Source: Candidatus Falkowbacteria bacterium RIFOXYA2_FULL_47_19 (GTDB taxonomy: Bacteria > Patescibacteriota > Patescibacteriia > Patescibacteriales > UBA12075). Taken from it: 64,000 bases of DNA. A program made the translations under genes and the position numbers. Of this stretch, positions 59,345 to 64,000 are shown piece by piece; position 1 is the stretch's first letter, and every line of letters begins with the position of its first letter. Location of the stretch: the NCBI GenBank assembly GCA_001780275.1, contig MFGB01000005.1, positions 84,306 to 148,305 of the forward strand. The letters run 5' to 3'. Below the pieces are notes generated by a model. It was not told where the DNA came from. It searched no databases and saw nothing but the letters and a program-made list of their open reading frames with translations.

Positions 59345-59394
59345 CCCGATACTCAGGACCAGAACCTGATGTCCTACCATTAGACGATCCCCGA
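59324..59394 (-). tRNA. tRNA-Gln (CTG)
   Basis: TCGGGGA...TCCCCGA-G acceptor stem, anticodon loop TT-CTG-GT, GGTTCGAATCC. Confidence 0.95.
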
Positions 59395-59416
59395 ATTTTA
59401 TAATAATGAGTATACT

Positions 59417-60232
59417 CTAACTATTTATTTTTTGCAAGATATCCGGCAAGGCTTTTTTCGCGGCCTCTTCCCCGGCCCTGATGAACTTTCCCACATCCGC
59501 GAATTTAAAGCTGTCTATCGTTTTCCGGAGAACCGGCTGGATAAGGATCTTATCGCCGGAAAAACCGGCCGCGTTATGCCTGAAAGCCTGCGCCCGCATA
59601 AGCTCGTAAGCGTGCAGGAGGACGGAAACCAGGCTCGGATCTTCTTTTACGGTTTCTTTCTTAGCCATAAAATCAACTACGATGGCGATATCACAGCCGG
59701 CCTCGCCAGCGACGGTAACCGGCGTCGGGTTGGCCACGCCGCCGTCCATATAGAATCTTCCGCCTATGTTAACCGGCGGAAAGATCCCGGGTACGCTGAT
59801 CGAAGCCATGATCGGCCGCAAAAGATCGTTCTTGCTAAAGACCTTCTCTTCGCCGGTCAAAAAGTCGGTGGCTACGATGAACATGCGGGTGCGCAAGTCG
59901 CCGAATTTCCGGCCCTTGACCAGATTCTTCCGCAAAAAATTCCCTATCTTCCGGCCGCGCAAAATAGTTTTCCCCGGCCGGCCGAAGTCGATGAATGTCC
60001 GGAATATCTTCATCTTATTATCGTAAGAAAGCACCATTTCCTCAAGCTCATCGACGTTGCCGTGTATCGCGTAATAAGCCCCTATGATAGAACCGATGCT
60101 GCAGCCGACGACGCAATCTACGCGCACGTTATTTTCCAATAAAACCTTAAGGACGCCGATGTGCGCGATCCCCCTTGCTCCTCCTCCCCCCAAAACCAAA
60201 CCAATCTTTTTTTTGCTTATAGCGTTAGGCAT
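59417..60232 (-). CDS. Patatin-like phospholipase
   Basis: GGGGARG, GCSIG, DGG. Confidence 0.95.
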   Translation of the reverse strand: MPNAISKKKIGLVLGGGGARGIAHIGVLKVLLENNVRVDCVVGCSIGSIIGAYYAIHGNVDELEEMVLSYDNKMKIFRTFIDFGRPGKTILRGRKIGNFLRKNLVKGRKFGDLRTRMFIVATDFLTGEEKVFSKNDLLRPIMASISVPGIFPPVNIGGRFYMDGGVANPTPVTVAGEAGCDIAIVVDFMAKKETVKEDPSLVSVLLHAYELMRAQAFRHNAAGFSGDKILIQPVLRKTIDSFKFADVGKFIRAGEEAAKKALPDILQKINS

Positions 60233-60244
60233 GAAGAACGCGAA

Positions 60245-61885
60245 TTAGTTTATTACCCTTCCCCCGAAAGTCTTAAGCAGGTTCTCGATCATGTTGTTGG
60301 ACGGTTCCTTCGCGCCGTCATTGGATACCGATGCGCCGCCGTCCGCCGTTTCCGACGTTTCCGTCTTGGCCGCGGTTATTTCCGGGACAATATTACCTTC
60401 CCCTCCCACCTCGATCGTTTCATCGACGATAGCGCCCAGTATCAAAGGGCTGCCGTAAACCTCAAAAAGCACTTTTTCCACCATTTGTCTGATATTGACC
60501 TCCCCTATCCTGTCCTTGTGGAATTTATATTTAAAGGCCAGACAGAGCTCCCGGCCGTCGAATCCGATCGGCTTGCAGACCCGCAGTATAAAAGACAGGG
60601 AATGGTTGTATTTTTTTACCTTGGCCAGAACTTCGTTCCATTTAGCCGCGATTATTTCCTTGTTTAGCTTCCCCGGACCGGCTTCCGGCGCTGCGGGAGT
60701 TTTCTGATCTAACGCCGGTCCCGCCGGGTTGTCCGTACCGGCCGGTTCGGCCGGTTTCCGCCCCGAAGAAAGGGGCGGCCGAGCGCTCCGTTCGGGCGAA
60801 CACAATTCGAGGATCGCGATCTCCAGGGGCAGCTGTTCGATAAAACTGCCCTTAAGTTCGTTCCTAACGGCCATGAATTTTTCCGTAAAAGCGATTATCC
60901 GGCCGAGTTCCAGCCCGGAAATGATCCCGGCAATTTGCGCCTCGACCGTCTCGCCGCATTCCAGACCGATCTTTTCGGCTAAGGCCGGACTGGTTTTCAT
61001 GAGCATCATCTTCCTGAGGATCTCGACCAGGTCGGTTAAAAGCCTTTTAAGCTCTATGCCCTCGTCGACCGCCCGGTTTACGAGCTCGATCGCCCGGCCG
61101 GCGTCTTTTTGGGATAAAAATCCGATAAGCTTCACGACTTCGGAAAGGTCGCTTCTGGGTATCACAAGATCCGCTTCTTCGGCGGTGATCTCGCTTCCGC
61201 CGACGGCTACCACCTGCCCGAAAAGGCTTACCGCGTCGCGCATATAACCTTCCGAATGCCGGGCGATCGCTTCGAGTATGGCCCGATCGATCTTGATCTT
61301 TTCCTCTTTGGCGATAAATTGCAGCCTGGCCGTAATATCGCTAAGCGGAAAACGGCGGAAATCGAACCGCTGGCAGCGGGAAATTATGGTAGCCGGTATT
61401 TTATGCGCTTCGGTGGTGCACAGGATAAAAACGACGTTCGCCGGCGGTTCTTCCAATACCTTAAGGAGCGCGTTAAAAGCCGGGGTGGAGAGCATGTGCG
61501 CTTCGTCGATGATAAAAACCTTATACCGATAGCGCGTCGGCGCGATCCGCGATACCGCGATAACATTTTCGCGCACGTTATCCACGCCCGTGTGGCTGGC
61601 GGCATCGATCTCGATGATGTCAAGGCTGCGTCCGGCCGTGATCTCGCGGCAGGAATCGCATTCGCCGCAAGGATCGTGTTCGCCATCTTTGCGCCTGAGG
61701 CAGTTCAAGGATTTGGCCAGTACCCGCGCCACCGTCGTTTTACCGACCCCGCGCGGACCGCAAAATATATAGGCATGAGCGATCTTATTCGATTCTATCT
61801 CATGTTCGAGGGTAATCTTCACGTGGTTTTGTCCTACGAGGTCGCTGAAGGACTGCGGACGGTATTTTCTGTATAAAGTAGACAT
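60245..61885 (-). CDS. dnaX: DNA polymerase III subunit gamma/tau
   Basis: LYRKYRP, GPRGVGKT, EIDAAS, DEAHML, SRC. Confidence 0.98.
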   Translation of the reverse strand: MSTLYRKYRPQSFSDLVGQNHVKITLEHEIESNKIAHAYIFCGPRGVGKTTVARVLAKSLNCLRRKDGEHDPCGECDSCREITAGRSLDIIEIDAASHTGVDNVRENVIAVSRIAPTRYRYKVFIIDEAHMLSTPAFNALLKVLEEPPANVVFILCTTEAHKIPATIISRCQRFDFRRFPLSDITARLQFIAKEEKIKIDRAILEAIARHSEGYMRDAVSLFGQVVAVGGSEITAEEADLVIPRSDLSEVVKLIGFLSQKDAGRAIELVNRAVDEGIELKRLLTDLVEILRKMMLMKTSPALAEKIGLECGETVEAQIAGIISGLELGRIIAFTEKFMAVRNELKGSFIEQLPLEIAILELCSPERSARPPLSSGRKPAEPAGTDNPAGPALDQKTPAAPEAGPGKLNKEIIAAKWNEVLAKVKKYNHSLSFILRVCKPIGFDGRELCLAFKYKFHKDRIGEVNIRQMVEKVLFEVYGSPLILGAIVDETIEVGGEGNIVPEITAAKTETSETADGGASVSNDGAKEPSNNMIENLLKTFGGRVIN

Positions 61886-61942
61886 ATTCAACAAAATTTA
61901 AAATCCCATTTAAGATTTACGAATTAATAAAACCGCTCCTAA

Positions 61943-62626
61943 TTAAAATTTACTGCGAACGATATTATCGACGGCGGCCCATTGGCTCTGGCCCGCCTTC
62001 GGAACCAGGATAACCACTTCATCGCCGGACTTTCCTTTATAATAAGTAACGCTGGCGGTCAGCACGCGCCATTTTTTACCTTCCGATATTACGATAAAAG
62101 AACCGGTATCGTTTTGCTCGAGTTTGCCGATCACGCGGGAACGTTCGATCGGGCCGATCTGCTTATAAACAAAAGTGCCGGATGGCGTGATCGTAAGCTT
62201 CAGGATATCCCCTTCCACTAACTTGGATTTCGAGGCGTAGTTCGCCGGTACGCTGTACTGCTTGCCGTCAGGACCGATCATGTTCTCGCCGTCAAAAACC
62301 CCTTCGATAACGCGGCCCGCTTCCGCTTCCGCCTGGTCGGAGACGAAGCTATCGTCGCTCATCTGGCCGATGCTCAGGCGCGCTTCATCTTCCTCGCCGA
62401 TCGTTCCGGCCAAAAGCTGGATAAGCTGATCGTTGTTCTCCCTGATATTCTCGAGAAGTTTTTTTGCCAAAGCTATCTTCGTCCTGCTCATAAGGACGCC
62501 GTCTTCTTTCTTTCCCTGGCCGGTTTTTTTCTCCGGTTCTTCCTCTTTGCCCTCCATCGACAGTTCCAGGTCATCGATCATATCGCCGCTGTTTTGTTCT
62601 TTGTTTTTTAAGTTTGTTTTAGACAT
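61943..62626 (-). CDS. Hypothetical protein, probably CPR-conserved
   Basis: EGVFDG...VPANYASKSKLVEGD...YKQIGP; family recalled from memory, not searched. Confidence 0.7.
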   Translation of the reverse strand: MSKTNLKNKEQNSGDMIDDLELSMEGKEEEPEKKTGQGKKEDGVLMSRTKIALAKKLLENIRENNDQLIQLLAGTIGEEDEARLSIGQMSDDSFVSDQAEAEAGRVIEGVFDGENMIGPDGKQYSVPANYASKSKLVEGDILKLTITPSGTFVYKQIGPIERSRVIGKLEQNDTGSFIVISEGKKWRVLTASVTYYKGKSGDEVVILVPKAGQSQWAAVDNIVRSKF

Positions 62627-62710
62627 ATTTTTGTATTAAATTATTTAATCCACCTTAACGCTCTATACTACATACTATATTATTTTCTTTTTTTTGTAAA
62701 ACGAACGGGA

Positions 62711-64000
62711 TCACAGGTTTTCCGTCACCCTTCTCTTGATCTCCGCCTCTATAAGTTCGCGTTCCTGGCCGTATTTCAGGCGGGACAAGATCTTTATTTT
62801 TTGGGCGATCTCGCTTCTTTCCGTACCGGGAAGGGGCCAGGGGGTCGCCATGGAAAAAGGGCGGGATGAGCTATTTTCGATAAGCAACTTAACGTAGGCG
62901 GTGTATTTTTCGATGTTGATGAGATCGTATTGGTTAAAGACCGGGCTGAATTCCTTGGCCATAACCTCCGCGTCTTCCGAACCTATCTTGAATAAAAGCC
63001 AGGTACCGACGTTGCCGAAAACGGCGTCTTTGATCGAAGAATCCTGCCCCTTGACCAGCTGCCCCAGATATTGATGGGCCATGATAAGATTAAGGTTGTA
63101 TTTCCGGGCTTCGGATAGGATCGAGCAGATCGAATCGGTCGTAAAATTCTGGAATTCGTCTATATAAAGGTAAAAATCCTTCCGCTCTCCCCGCTGCATA
63201 TCCGTACGGGACAACGCGGCAATAAGGATCTTGCCCACCAGGATCATGCCCAAAAGAAAGGCGTTCATTTCCCCGACCCGGCCCTTGGAAAGATCGACCA
63301 AAAGGATCTTGCGCGTGTCCATGACGTCGCGCAGGTTAAATGAACTTTTCTGTTGGCCGATGATCGGCCGCATGGTGTCGTTCGATATGAATTGGGTCAG
63401 TTTAGAAGTAACGTAAGGCACTACGTTGGCCAGGGCGGCGTCGCCGCCGGCCTTTTCCGCCTCCTTGCGCCAAAAATCCACCACCGTGATATCGTTGCAT
63501 TTGCTTAATTTCATGCGGCGGAAATCCGGGTCGGCGAGCACTTTCGGAATTTCCATGAGGGTCGAGCCCGATTCCGGATGGCTCATAATGAGAAGCATGG
63601 CATTCCTTATATATTGCTCAAAGATCGGGCCGCCGGTCGCCTTAAGATCGTAAAGCTTGTCGAAGATCTTTATCATCTCGTTGATCACGAAAGTTTTCTG
63701 TTCAGGATAGCGCGAATCGAATTCGAGAAGATTTAAAGCCAAAGGCCTTTCCGTGTCCGCCGGAGCGAAGAGTATCACGTCTTCGGCCCGTTCCGGAGGA
63801 ATCCGTTTAAGAACATCGTCGATAAGATCGCCGTGCGGATCGATCAGGCACACCCCTTCTCCGTTTATCACGTCCTGGATGGCCATGCTGGCCAAAAGCA
63901 CCGATTTGCCTACGCCCGATTTACCGATGATATAAGTATGGCGCCGCCTATCCTCGCGCTTGATCTTAATTTCCCGGACCTGCCCGCGATAAACATTCTC
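62711..64000 (-). CDS. HerA/VirB4/TraG-like (DUF87) ATPase, 5' end outside the window
   Basis: DRRRHTYIIGKSGVGKS, IDPHGDL, YIDEFQNF, EARKY, AHQY. Confidence 0.9.
   Translation of the reverse strand, partial: ENVYRGQVREIKIKREDRRRHTYIIGKSGVGKSVLLASMAIQDVINGEGVCLIDPHGDLIDDVLKRIPPERAEDVILFAPADTERPLALNLLEFDSRYPEQKTFVINEMIKIFDKLYDLKATGGPIFEQYIRNAMLLIMSHPESGSTLMEIPKVLADPDFRRMKLSKCNDITVVDFWRKEAEKAGGDAALANVVPYVTSKLTQFISNDTMRPIIGQQKSSFNLRDVMDTRKILLVDLSKGRVGEMNAFLLGMILVGKILIAALSRTDMQRGERKDFYLYIDEFQNFTTDSICSILSEARKYNLNLIMAHQYLGQLVKGQDSSIKDAVFGNVGTWLLFKIGSEDAEVMAKEFSPVFNQYDLINIEKYTAYVKLLIENSSSRPFSMATPWPLPGTERSEIAQKIKILSRLKYGQERELIEAEIKRRVTENL

Noticed and set aside
62711..64000. Conjugative element (VirB4/TraG)
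   Set aside because: No other T4SS or relaxase genes in view; such ATPases are common chromosomal CPR genes.

Overview
64 kb of a Patescibacteria (CPR; Parcubacteria/Falkowbacteria-like) chromosome. The assignment is inferred from CPR-type surface proteins, a short AlaRS and housekeeping genes that lack Shine-Dalgarno sites. Core content: fmt/def, clpB with a perfect CIRCE, gltX, serS, lysS, alaS, greA, ddl, ftsQ-like, a glycan locus, the infA-rpmJ-rpsM-rpsK-rpsD-rpoA-rplQ-rplM-rpsI cluster, dnaX, tRNA-Glu and tRNA-Gln. Accessory content: a prkA-yeaH-spoVR operon, a divergent FN3/cohesin surface-protein pair, many stand-alone orphan cassettes, and an integrase-less deacetylase + radical SAM/SPASM + nucleotidyltransferase islet bracketed by direct repeats at tRNA-Gln. 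Most notable: (1) RpoA lacks the alpha-CTD and ends in an acidic tail plus an AT-hook motif; (2) the tRNA-Gln islet; (3) orphan cassettes flanked by short duplications of terminator tails; (4) a dif-like site just upstream of the xer gene, where gene orientation converges; (5) a TagA-RppH fusion; (6) dispersed inverted short-repeat arrays. All calls come from manual reading and motif recognition; no searches were run.
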